From assembly GCF_021028975.2 (NCBI RefSeq), contig NC_059428.1, positions 62,806,001 through 62,870,000 of the forward strand: DNA of 64,000 nucleotides, in the 5' to 3' direction. How positions within the stretch are numbered: position 1 is the stretch's first letter; the number at the start of each line of letters is the position of its first letter. Below the pieces are notes generated by a model. The model was not told where the DNA came from, did no database searches, and worked only from the letters and a program-made list of their open reading frames with translations. The DNA is from Sphaerodactylus townsendi. Lineage: Eukaryota. This document shows, piece by piece, positions 12,591 through 25,070 of the stretch. The position numbers and the translations under genes were made by a program.

Positions 12591-13425
12591 TCTGTGGTCT
12601 TTACCCAGTATTAAAAAAGAGGTACAAACTACTATATTGTGTGCTACCTTAAGCATGTTACTTTTGCTTTTGTTTTCTGCAAAACAGGGTGGGAGGCGAG
12701 TTCAAATTAGAAGACCAACTTTCTAGTAGACAGAAACAGTCTCATACAGGAGAACTATCAGCATATTTTAATATCAAACTATCTCACACTCTTCAACAGT
12801 ATATTATCATCCATATTATAGCATATTGTGTACAAAATTGTCATATTAAACAGTAAGCATGTCCTGGAAAATATGTTGTCTTTGTCTATAGTATGCATAC
12901 AAATTAGGAGTCCATAATGTTATAGATTCTTATGTAACTTCAAACTAAGCACTTGGAGCAAGTAAAACCATATATCTAAAATAATTTCATTTATTCTAAA
13001 AGATAGAAAATATTTAATAGGAGTTCTTACAGACTTTCATAAATTTCCAGTTTTTCTATGGGGGAAAATGTAACAACATGGTTGGGCCTTCTCATCTCTC
13101 TACCTGTAACTTTAACAACAGTCTTGGGCATAATCCTAAACAAGTCTTCTTAGAAGTAATCCCTATGTTATTCAGTGGGACATTTCTAGGAAAGCATTTG
13201 TAGGAATGCTGTTTGAGAGAACACAGTTATTTCAAAGTACTTCTGGTTTTTTTTAATATGAGGGTGTAATGTGTGTATGTATTTTAAATGTATTTGTAAA
13301 ACAAAAGGAGAGAATAAATTACATGATTTTCAAAAATAAAATGGAGCATTGCAGAATGAAGGATTTTTCCAGTCTAGTTCCTCTCATCTCAGATTCCCCG
13401 ATGTGCTGCTTGTGGGGACTTTCAT

Positions 13426-14307
13426 GAACAAGCCACATGAACAAAGATAAAGAGCCATCTAGAGGGAAAGTGTTCTTACCATACATCAAGGGAACCACTG
13501 ACCGCATAGGAAAACTGATGAAGATGCATAACCTACAAACAATTTACAGACCCACTAAGAAAATTCAACAAATGCTATGTTCAGCAAAGGATAAGAGGGA
13601 TCCTCTAGCTACTGCAGGAGTCTACCGCATACCATGTAGCTCTGGACAAGTCTACATAGGAACCACCAAACGCAGCACTCAGAAACAAATCAAAGAACAC
13701 AAAAGGCACTGCAGACTATTTCAGCCAGAAAAATCAGCAATAGCAGAACACATAATAAACCAACCTGGACACAGAATATTATTTGAAAACACAGAAATTC
13801 TGGACCACTCTGACAACCACTACGTCAGACTACACAGAGAAGCCATTAAAATCCACAAGCACATGGACAATTTCAACAGAAAGGAAGAAACCATGAAAAT
13901 GAACAGAATTTGGCTGCCAGTTTTGAAAAACACTAAAGTCAAGACAGTGACTAATCAGCTCCACACAGGCACAGGATGACTACAGGTAATCAAAGGGAAC
14001 AAAGGCCAGACTACTTCTATTCAGATACCTCACCTATTGACCTTGCCATCTCTTTTGTTACTCACATGCTACACTTCATTGTTACTCACTTGCCAGGCCA
14101 CTCCTATTCAGATGCCCTCACCTATTGACCTTTACTCACAGGTATATATATTCCACTTGCTTTCCTTTCCAACTATCAGATCCTCTGAAGATGCCAGCCA
14201 CAGATGCAGGCGAAACGTCAGGAGAGAATGCTGCTAGAACACGGCCATACAGCCCGGAAACCACACAGCACCCCAGTGATTCTGGACGTGAAAGCCTTTG
14301 ACAATAT
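13426..14307 (+). mobile_element. Penelope-like element (PLE), 5'-truncated: RT thumb/GIY-YIG endonuclease plus 3' pseudo-LTR
   Basis: ORF 13437-13979: VFLPYIKG...GVYRIPC..QVYIGTTKRS..EHKRH..SAIAEH..REAI.I...FNR is the PLE GIY-YIG signature. The 3' region carries a hammerhead motif. Confidence 0.92.
14181..14223 (+). ncRNA. Minimal type I hammerhead ribozyme of the PLE
   Basis: TCCT-CTGAAGA-T-GCC(loop)GGC-GAAA-CGTC-AGGA: stem I TCCT/AGGA, core CUGAnGA and GAAA, stem II GCC/GGC, palindromic ACGT minimal stem III, GUC cleavage triplet. Confidence 0.75.
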
Positions 14308-14775
14308 ATCACAATGGTGTTTCATATAGGGTCACCCCAAACTCCTACTTTCCAGAATACTCTAAAGGAGGATAGAAAACAGATGCCATGCCAGTGCTAC
14401 TAACTGGAATGGTATAATGTTTAATTTGACCAGTGATGATTATACATATATTCTTAAACCCATTATTTATATGTAGCTGTCCATACTTAGCTGAGGTTGC
14501 AAGATGTTAATGTTTTAAATAAATAAAGAAATGTATGTAAGTATTTTGGAAGAGAATCTGCTGAAGTTTCAAACATTGGGTCTGTATAATAACTTTTCAT
14601 CATTCAAATATGACATTGGTCTGTTATGGTGGTGTTACTAAAGTATTTTCATAAGGTGTTATTTTTTTACCTGGCTCTTGTATGCCTCTTAATATATTGA
14701 AAACAAACAAAATAGACTATACACATACTAATAACAGTCAGAAGGGCAGCATTTGCATTTTAGGCTATATTATGC

Positions 14776-14858
14776 ATATAGATATAGATTAGATATAGAT
14801 TAGATATGGATATATAGAGAGATATCGAGATATAGATGTAGATATAGATATACACACA
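14776..14858. repeat. (ATATAG)n-type microsatellite
   Basis: Direct reading. Confidence 0.85.
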
Positions 14859-17375
14859 CCTTTTTGAAAATGTTGCTATAGAAACCAACTCTCAATTGCT
14901 CTTACAATAGTGGTAGAAGACTTCAAAAACACCATACCCTCATTTCTAGTGCATCACTATTAATTGCCAAGGAAACAGGATTGGCAGTGAATTCTCAGAC
15001 TTCTTTTGAAACTGTATTGGTATTTTTTCCTTGTTCAGCTCTTAAGAACAATAAGCTGTAACTGTTTCCTTCCCCACAATTTGGAGAAATACTTCTTATG
15101 AATTTTGGAAAGCTTATTTATTCTTGCTATCCAGAGCTTTTCTAACGGATTCACTAATATTCTATGCATGTGGATCTCAGCAAGGCTGACCATGGAAATA
15201 ACTTTTTCTGGGTGGTCAGATCCAGCAAAAACACAGCCCATGCATGTGGGCTCTAGGGGATGGGTGTGTATGGCAGGGGAGATTGTTTTGTTATAATATT
15301 ACAAAATCCTTTTTAAAAAGTTTCAGAGTTTTTGAGTGATCTCTAATTATGTTAGAGCTTTCTTTTTTCAGCTTCAGCAAAAGTTATAAAGTCTCTTGCT
15401 TTAAAAAAACTAGCTCTATTCAGAACTCTGGAACACATCCAAAGTTAAAGACGTTTCCAGAGTAACTGAAGACAAAAGTGAAGGAACTTGCCTAAATCTT
15501 TGCTTTTCCTCCTTCAGAGTATGTGAAACAGGGAACTCATTCAGGGGGAAAACATTATTTTTACAGTGAGTGGTAGAAATATACGAAGGCTATAAAATAT
15601 GCAGATAAAAGTACCCCCTATATTGCCTAATGTCCTTCAGCATTAAAAAGACAAAAGAAGAATGAAGGTAGAGAAATGCTTTAAAACTTTGAAGTCTTAG
15701 TAATGTTCTAGTTTCAAGAGGCTAAACACCTCCAACAGATATTTTTTCCATTTTGTGTTCAAGAGGGCGTACGTTCTAACTTCCTATGCTGTTCCACTTA
15801 TTGATGAGCTGCATGCATAGAGGGGACTAGGAACACTTTCCAGGGTTCTTGATTGCCAAGGAAGAGCCTATCCTGGTAGTCAGTCCGATAAAGTGACAAA
15901 TATGCATAGACAGATAGCTAGTACCAGTGAACGTTTTTCCATTGGCAAACTTAAATTGTGTATTCAGATTTCAAGATAACATATTCATTTGTGTACATTA
16001 ATGTCATAATCCAGAACTAGGAATTATTCCCCTCCCCCCGACGCACACAAATGTTTATAAAGGGAAATATGGAAGGAAATATATTTCTAGAGGAAAACTT
16101 AAGTAAATTTGTGCCTTTTTGTTGATGATAGGGTATCAAAGCCTAAAGTTCTGCACACAATATGACACAGGTGTGTTTAGTTTCCTTACTGCTGCTGCAG
16201 TAGCTGATATAGCATGGCTGCAATGAGCCTTCCAAACTGCTAGTTTCCCAGTAAATCAGCAATGTCCAGTCACCCTCCCTCCATGTCACTAGGGCTTGTC
16301 CAGTATTTTTTGGAAGAAAATAAGCAAGTGAGTATTGTTATAGGAATATGCCGTAAAAACATGTATTTTTTGTGAATTCCTGGCTTTTTTTAAGTGTCTG
16401 TCCCCAATGGTGTATCTGGCAGGAGCCAGAGGGGGGTGGATGACCCAGGCACCACTTTTAATTGTCACGTGGGGGGCATATTCAGCCGGTTCCCCCTCCC
16501 CCCCTCCCCCCAGGAGCAAATAGAGTCTGGTGGGGCAGTGGCAGAAGCAAGGTGCCCTCTCACTTGATTCAGCAGCAGCCTGCCCTGTCCTCTCCCCCAG
16601 GAGCAAGCAGAGTCCCGTGGAGGAGCGGCAGAAGCAAGGCACCCTACAGCAGCTCAGCTCTCACCCTCAGGAGCAAACAGGAGCTGCCACGTCACTCCCC
16701 ATCCAGTGTGCCAAACTATCTTGGTCTGCTCACCTGGCCTACTTGCTACCCACTGGAGAGATAAACAACAGGGGGTGCAGTTTTGGAAAGAGTGCAATTT
16801 GTGAGGGCACACTTTCAGTACTTGCCACATATGCCAATTACTGATGCTATTGCACTGTTACAAGGAGAAAGGCTTATCTCCACAATGAAAGGGACGGAGA
16901 CTTTTTTTTTAAATGACAGTTGGGAATTCACAGGAATTAATAAAAATATTGTTATAATGTTATAAAATATTCATTTACTGATTGAAAAGCAAAAACAGTC
17001 TCCTTCATGACAGGGGCAAGGCAAATAGCTTTTGTGTTAGGACTGGAAGACCCAAACATACCCACTCACATGGCAATAGGCACCCAGGCTTTGCTGTAAT
17101 CTTTCTCAAAACCTCTCAGCTGTGCAGGTTTGGAAAAGATCACAGAAAAGCTTGGGAAACCTAAGAGATTCATAAATGTACCACAGTGTAAGGAAATGGG
17201 GAAAAACCTTTCCAATGTATCGAATCCAGGGCTAACAGCCTATGTAGAAATGGCTTAAACTGCATCACTAAGGAGATATCAATTATTTCTGAAAAGTATT
17301 TTATATGAGTCCATTAAGAGCAAAGATGTTGAATATGAAGAAAATGTCTCTGTTTCCCTCCCTCTCTTTTTGCAG

Positions 17376-17441
17376 ATCATAAAGCTTATGGAATTGATGT
17401 CTACACAGAAAAAGAACATGTTACAGCAAGAGAATTTGCGG
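17376..17441 (+). CDS. JAM2: JAM2 exon 2
   Basis: Polypyrimidine-TGCAG acceptor; 66 nt; (Y)HKAYGIDVYTEKEHVTAREFA; GT donor. Confidence 0.9.
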
Positions 17442-19283
17442 GTATAGTATGTGCATGCACATTTATATTAACCAAAGTGTATTGTGATGCTGAGTAGGAA
17501 AAAGATGGTAAGACAAAGTTACAAAGTGGTGCAGCTGATACAATGTCCTGAAGTTTCTCACTTGGCATAGGCAGCTGTATGAATATATGAACTGGTGGTA
17601 TGCTGAACCAGTCTGTTGATCTGCCAGGGTCAGTATTATTTTATTTTCAGGGGTTTCAGATAGAGGTGTTGATATATTGGGTACTGGCTGATCCTTTTAA
17701 CTGGAGGTGTCAGTGGTTGATAAACTAAAATGGTTGAGGAACAAATGAAATCTATTACAAGAAGATACATAGTTGTAGTAAAATAGTTCCATTTTAATAA
17801 ATACCCAAGCTACCCAACATAAAAAACAACAACAACATTATACTTATTCAGGAGAAGCAGGAGGAGGGGATAGCTATAGGTATCTTCATCCCCAGAATGC
17901 GCCAGGGTGCAAGTAAGTTCTCACAGTAGTTAGTGAGTGCAATGCAGAAGACAAGATAAAGAGGAAGATAATTTAAACACCAGTGTGGTAGCAAGTGCTG
18001 AAATACTTGTCTTTCAGCAAAATATATTTTATAAGAGTAGAAAGGTGGCAGAGGAAATACCCTGAGAGAAGGTAGATATTTTGGGAGCAAGGGAAGTCAG
18101 ATCTTTCTAAACTCACAGAAGTTGACAGAATTGTTCTTTGCAAGCAGCATTTCCGCACAAGGTGACATGCAGGTGTAGAAGGAACAAAATGTCCTGAATA
18201 TAATGGAAGACTGTTAGTAAAGAGAAATGACAAGTCATAAAAATAAAATGTTCACCACTGTTATTAAAAATTTGTGTTGTCAGCAGACCCAATCCAAGGA
18301 ACATTGAGGGATTTCTTCATTTTCTTCAGTGTCAGGAAATTTTTCATGATTGTAATTGCATGGTGTAAATGGAATGTGCTCCAATAAATATGAACATGCT
18401 TGAAACAGACATGTATGTGCAGCCCTGTGGATGATGGCTGGAGGTCTGGTTTGACTTTTGTTTTGTGAACAAGTTTTCTTCCTTTCCATTATTTTCCTCC
18501 TGCTGTTTTGTTTGGTATCTTTACCTGCTGCTTATTATTGATTCCAAATGACCTTTCTTGGTAATCTTTTATGTTGTTATCCTTTTCCACAACATTTCCT
18601 GTGGCTGAGTTGATGCCAGACCAGAATGGGAACCAGTACATAATGTGCCAACTGTGTCAAACTGTAGGTCATATAAAAGAACTACTGAGAAAAAAGGCCA
18701 TAAGTGCTCTGTGAAAGCAGCTTTATTGTGCCTTGGAGGTTCTGTTCCTCTCTGAATTTTGGATAAATGTATTTATTATTAATTTTTATTTCTATATGAA
18801 TTTTTTCTTCAGATACGGTACAGAACCCAGCATTGATTTTAATATAAACCATGGTTTTAAAATCACCAACTAACGGCAATGTGTGTTTTCTCAGTCTCTT
18901 TCCTTCACTTTCTGTCACTTTTCATCAATTTTCTCCTTTCTATTTCTACATCAATATTAAATATTAAGAATAAATCTTGCTGGATTAGGCTTCTGGTCAA
19001 TCTAAAACATCCTGTTTCTCCCAGTGCCTATCAACAGGCTCCAAAAGGCCCACAAGAGGCCAAAGCTTATTCCTGCCGTTGTCCCTATAAAGAAGTACAC
19101 TGCATCTAAATATAGGATGTAAGCCTTAATGAATCTGTAATTGCCCTTTATACTTATGCTAGAAGCTATTGTTACATCATGTGTCTGGGAGGCAATACTT
19201 TTTGCGTGTGCCCTGGGTCAAGTTCCTTGGATACACATGATTTTGGAGGAGGTGTCTGTTTACCACATTCTCCACCCTGTATA

Positions 19284-21246
19284 TCTATATATATAAAAAG
19301 CTAACCGTTCGTTTGTTGATGACGGTCCAACGCACAACCTGCTGGCCCAAATCCCCTGAAACTGCGCAGGGAGCCAGCTCGACCAAGCGAGCATGTTTTA
19401 AGGCCCCCAGCTGACTCGCCCACCCCTCCTGCGCCCCAATACCCAACCTCTCCCAACGCGCCACCTGTCCACCAGCACCCTCGCAGCCTGATTCCACTGG
19501 CTGCTGCCGTCCACTGGAACTGCTCTGCCGCCGCCCCCCTCCCCCAAACAACATCTACTGCGCCTGCACGCAACTCTCCACCTACCCCCACTGCTGCTGC
19601 AACCAACAGAGCCGGAGACACCCTTCCTCTGTCTGCACATGCTCCAGCACGCCAATGCCAAACCGCTCCCCCACAGCCCTCCCATCCCTCCCCCTCCGCC
19701 CGACCTCCCCCCTCCTCCCACCAACGCAATGAGCTCAAGCAGCCCTTTCCCCCCAAACACTCTTTCGCGCCCTCTCGAGCCACGCAGACTCAAACGGTTG
19801 CTCACTCCCTTCCCGTCTCATTTTCGCGCCGCCAGCTCCAACGACGGAGTGCCTCCACATGCTTCCCTCGCCATTGCCCTCCAAAAGCCAAGTCCAGGGC
19901 TCCCTCACGCCACCACTCCGACTGCCCACCCGCAATCCCCCCTTTCATACCACCACTCACTTTTCTGTGTGAGACCTGAAGGGGGCTTTCCCCCCTCATG
20001 CAGGTAACCTTCAACAATCTCACAATTCTCCCACAAACATCCACCTTATCCTCGCACACTTCGCTCTGCCCTCCCTCACATTCAACCATCACACAACCGC
20101 TTCCTCACCCATACTCTCCACAGCTCTCTGCCTTCACTAACTCTACTCTTGCACGTAACCTTCACACTCTCACTCACTGCTGCCACACAAGACTAATACT
20201 CTCACACACCTCCACGTCATGCACACACTCTTCACTCTGCCCTCCCTCACATTCAACCATTCACACAACCAATTTATTCCACCACTCACTTCTGTGTGTG
20301 AGACGTGAAGGGGGCTTCCCCCCCTCACACAGGTCACCTTCAATACTACTCTCACAATTCTCCCACAAACATCCACCTCATCCTCACACACTTCACTCTG
20401 CCCTCCCTCACATTCAACCATTACACAACCACTTCCTCACCCATATTCACCACAGCTCTCTTTTACTACAAGCAAGCTGGAGTTTGCCTTTTTCTTCTGA
20501 GAAAATCCACGGGGTGGGGGCGAACCAACACTACTGCCTCCGCTTCTTTTGCACGTGGCCCTTAAAAAACCAAGGGAGCTGGCCTTGATCTGAGTGCCTC
20601 ACCACCCTGCCTCTGCTGCCTGACTAAGATAGCCTCCTTGCCCCAGTTCTGCCTTACCCAAGCCAGCACTGTGCGTGTCAACCAGCCTCATGGCCAGTGG
20701 GATTCGCACTCTGGACAGTTCCGTTGTGGAATGGGAAGGGTTACCTTATACTAAAAACCAAGACTGCACCATTTAATAATGTGAATTGAAAAGGGAAAGA
20801 GGGATTCCATTTGACCACCCCAGAAAAAGAAGAAGAGGAGGAGGAGGAGGAGTTTGGATGTTTATTCCCCTTTTCTCTCCTCTAGGACACTCAAAGGGGC
20901 TTACAACCTCCTTGCCCTTCACCCCTCACATCAAACACCCTGTGAGGTGGGTGGGGCTGAGAGAGCTCCGAAAATCTGTGACTATCCCAAGGTCACATAG
21001 CTGGTGTGTGTGGGAGTGCACAGTCTAATCTGAATTCCCCAGATAAGCCTCCACAACTCAAGCTGCAGAGCTGGGAATCAAACTCACTTCCTCCAGATCA
21101 GAGTGCACCTGCTCTTAGCCACTATGCCACTGCTGCTCCCAAAAGGCTATGCTGGGGATCATTTGGACCTGCATGGACATCTGTGTGGGTTGCGGTCTGT
21201 GATGAGAAGGACAATTGCCACAGCAACGCGTGGCCGGACCCGCTAG
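19284..21246 (+). mobile_element. Non-autonomous Helitron with a nested SINE
   Basis: A|TCTATATATATAAAA 5' end; 3' hairpin GCCACAGCAACGCGTGGC (21217-21234) then CTAG|T; inserted between A and T with no TSD. Confidence 0.8.
20822..21139 (-). mobile_element. CORE-type SINE nested in the Helitron
   Basis: Same family as 4237-4555. Confidence 0.75.
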
Positions 21247-23040
21247 TAATTTTATAAATATCTATCATGTTCCCTCAGTCATCTTTTTTTCTTAATTGAA
21301 AAAGGTCAAACTCTTTAGCCTTCCCTCATGCATATAAGCTACAACTGTTGCCTCCAGGCACTTATCCCAGCTAAAAATGGGAGATCATCCCAGAGACATT
21401 ACAGCATCCCCTGGTACAATTGCTGGCCCATCTACTGCTGCCAGAAATTATCAGTCACTAGTTGGTGGTAGGCTCTGTACCACACTGCATGCGGACAATA
21501 AAGCAGACAGCAAAAATCTTGAGGCTGCCAAAATGCTTTTGAAATAGAGGAAATATAAATTATGTATGTAAATGTAATATGTATCAATTTCCTTTCATCC
21601 CAGAGGAGAAATGCCAGGGAGGACACCCTTTTTTGAAAACAGTACTCGGAATTTAAAGTGTGTGAGTAGGAGGGATGAATTTCTATCATCCAGGCAGGTT
21701 TAAAGGATAGATTTGAAACTCAGCAATCAAGTTTTCCTCACATTATCAAAATCCACTAATAGAAGAATGAAGATTGGCCAACAAACACTGAAAGATGCAA
21801 ACACAATGGTTCAAAGAATGATTTTCATTCTTAGACGCGAATTAAAGCAAAATAAACACCAGTTGATGCTTATATTTCAGGAAAGGCTCCACCTATCCCA
21901 CTCAAACTTTATTATACAACTTGCAAGTTAGTTGGAACGCCCTTGTTTCTGAAGCAGGAACATTGTTTAATTTTTTTAAACAGGATAACATGTCATTAAA
22001 AGTTTTTTTAAGGTTGTGTCTCTTATGACAACAACAAATGTTCTTGGGGAAAGGAGCCAGATAGAATCTTGGCAATCTGGAGTTGCTTTTTTATTGTTGG
22101 CTGAAGAATTTTCCAAAACACTACAAAAGGAATATATGGGCTACATGAAGATTTTAAAGGATTATTTAGTCTTTATATTTTAGCTGCTTGAAGCTAGTCT
22201 TCATTCCTTTATCTGGGTGTCCACATAAAAAGATGCAGAGGAAGTTCTTTTCTGGGCGTTTATAGTGATTCCATACATCCCTGCCCCTACAGCCATGGAA
22301 CTGTCAGAATGTTGGAACTTCCAGTGTGAAGAAATGGGTGGGTTTTGAATTTAGGATGATGCAGGGGGGTAGGAATGAAAGCAGTAATGTGAGTGTAATA
22401 ATCTTCAGTAGGAATTTGAATGAGGGAAATCCAGTTGAGTGAAGGAAATCCTGTCCTAGTAGTGGTCACCTGTGAATATATCAGTCAGTGGCTGGCTCTA
22501 ATGGTTGCAGATCTTATCCTCTTTCTCTTCCCAGCTATAGCCATCTCCAAACCCTGGGAAATCGATTCCTGCGCAGGGTTGTAGGGTCCATATGAAGTAA
22601 CAGCCCTGTGATTCACAGACAAGTGGGAATGAAATTGTCCTTCCTGCCTGTTCCCATCAGCCAAGCTGATTCTTCTTTCTGCAATGCTTTGCTGGTCAGA
22701 GGGGAGATTATTTACATCATAGCTCACTGAACCTCATGCCTGTTGTTCCACATATGATTCTGTGACCCTAGGAATCAACTTTTCTGGGGTCAAAAATAGC
22801 TTCAAGGTGTGGGTGGGGAGAGCAGTAAAAATCCATACTCCTAATACAAGCAAATTGCTGGATACAGCCCTTAGTCAGTGGCGAAGCTCCCACGGGGAAC
22901 ATCTGGGGACAAGTGCCCCGGGTGCTCCCCATGGGAGTCACATGCGGGGCGCAAAATAAACCGATTGCCCCTGCCCCCTCCTCTGCCCAATCTCTGCCAA
23001 TCATATAGAAGAAACAATTACCTATTTTTCTTTCCTACAG

Positions 23041-23154
23041 AGGCATTTTTAAGCTGTGTACACAAAGCAAAGAAGGTAACCAATTTAAGAATAGAATGGA
23101 AGAAAGTTAGATCATCTGGGGTTTCGTTTGTTTACTACAACCGTAACTTTGTGG
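23041..23154 (+). CDS. JAM2: JAM2 exon 3 (Ig V domain, first half)
   Basis: CCTACAG acceptor; EAFLSCVHKAKKVTNLRIEWKKVRSSGVSFVYYNRNFV with the JAM R-I-E dimer motif; GTAAGT donor. Confidence 0.95.
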
Positions 23155-23746
23155 GTAAGTAAATTCTAAGTTTGCATTTGTGTGCAAGTTTAATCATAGC
23201 AGCTAGTTGATTTCTGCATGTTGAAGTGTTCTGTGTACTTAATTGCATTGTTAAACCTCAATACATAGGATGTATACAGATCCAGCCTGTATGTGAATTC
23301 AGCGGGCACTGGTGGCATACATTTCCATGGCATCTGGTAAAAAGCCTACTGCTACAGTTGTTTCTGTGAATCCTTGAATAGCTTGGCACTGTATGTAGGA
23401 AAATCATGTAGAAAAGATAAGCAAGCGACTCATATGTGTGAACTGGCCTTGCGCGCTTGCACACGTGTATGTATGTGTGTGCATAAATGGCTTCCATCTA
23501 GTTTAGATTTGTTTGCCTTGTGTTCACCTTATATTCATGGCTGAAATATTTGATTCAGAACATGACATTGGAGAAGTTTTGGAAAAAAATAATTACCCCT
23601 GTGTTGATAGTCAGACAAGAATTTAAATGCTGGAAAAACAAGCTGCTTTTGGCAAGTTTTTATACATTTGGAATGGAAACTGATCTTTATATTTCAAGAA
23701 TCTGTTTTCACTAATTTCCCTTTCTTTTTTCCTCTTATTTAAAAAG

Positions 23747-23899
23747 GTAATTTTACAGGTCGAGCTGAAATCTGGAATTCAAGCATTCGACTTAGAAATG
23801 TAACTAGACATGATGCTGGGAGGTACCGCTGTGAAATCAGTGCAGCCACAGAACAAGGACAAGATGCAGCAGAAACAGAAGTCTCTCTCTCTGTGCTGG
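23747..23899 (+). CDS. JAM2: JAM2 exon 4 (Ig V domain, second half)
   Basis: 153 nt; GNFTGRAEIWNSSIRLRNVTRHDAGRYRCEISAATEQGQDAAETEVSLSVL with the DxGxYxC motif; GTAAAA donor. An alternative in-frame acceptor lies at 23759. Confidence 0.92.
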
Positions 23900-24699
23900 G
23901 TAAAAACCTAAACAAAACTATTTGAGATTTAAACTAAAGCCTGTAACGTGGACATGTTTTTGGACTTGACAAGCGGGGGAAGTTGATGATTGCTCTAAGC
24001 TTACTACTACTATTATCCCTAACCTCAATATTATGTGGCAGTTTTTCAGGAGGACTCCACTGCTGTGTTTTGGTGGTTTTTTGTATTCCCTGCTTAAAAC
24101 GTCTTACCTCTTAAAACTCAAAAACAAGGTTAAATAGTAAATGAAGAGCTAGCACATGTGGGCATTTCCCCTGCTTTATTGATTGTAGACTGGATTGTAG
24201 ACTGCAAGTTTCGTTTGATCAACAGAGTGAGGGTTTGTATCTGCTGGGCAAACACGAGGGCAGAACGTGTTCTTATTTTGACACGCATGTTCATAGCCCT
24301 GGATAGAAAAGGGAATCATACTATTCTATGTATCTGTGGCTGCCCCTGAGCATGCAGAAACCTCCTTGTCTGTGGGTGGTCCCATTGGGAAGCTCTAGTG
24401 ATTGGCATAGACTATAGAGTGAGCCACATTGCTTGTTTTTGTTATTTATAGTTCATCTTTCTTACTGAGATTCAAGGCAGATTACACACTGCAAGTCAAT
24501 GCAGTCAATGGGATGTGACATCCAGTAAGTTTTATAAGATTAGGATGCATAAATTAAAATCAAGTAAAAAAAAACCTGGAACAAGAAGCAAGGCATAAGC
24601 ATTAACATGGCACACGAAAACAATGCAGAATTTATACAAACGGATAATATATACAGCAATAGGTAGTGGATAGAGCCATCAGATCACAGCTGAATTTTG

Positions 24700-25070
24700 G
24701 CAACCCAGTGGGGTTTTCAAGGCAAGAGACTAACAGAGGTGGCTTGCCATTGCTTCCCTCTGCATAACAACCCTAGCATTCCCTGGTAGTCTCCCATACA
24801 AGTACTAACTAGGGCTAACCCTGCTTAGCCTCAAAGAGCTTATGAGATCAGGCTAGCCTGGGGCATCCAGGTTAGGGCAAAGATAGTATATGCTCTTTTT
24901 GCCATCAAGTCATAGCCAACTTATGGTTATCCCTATAGGATTTTCAAGGCAAGAGACATTCAGAGGCAGCTTCCCATTGCCTGCTTCCACATAGCAATCC
25001 ACGTAACCCATCTGAATACTGACCAGAGCCCTCCCTGCTTAGCTTCCAAAATCTGATGATGAGCTAGTCT
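24700..25070 (-). mobile_element. Two adjacent 5S-rRNA-derived SINEs (5S-Sauria-like)
   Basis: GGTAGTCTCCCATACAAGTACTAACTAGGGCTAACCCTGCTTAGC is the reverse complement of the 5S internal region (GCTAAGCAGGG..TTAGTACTTGGATGGGAGACC). Joined to a GGTTTTCAAGGCAAGAG LINE-type tail. Confidence 0.7.

Noticed and set aside
19301-20588. Several 120-196 aa ORFs
   Set aside because: By-products of low-complexity, strand-skewed Helitron interior.
24785-24870. 5S rRNA gene
   Set aside because: Partial, diverged and fused to a LINE-type tail in several copies, so a 5S-derived SINE.
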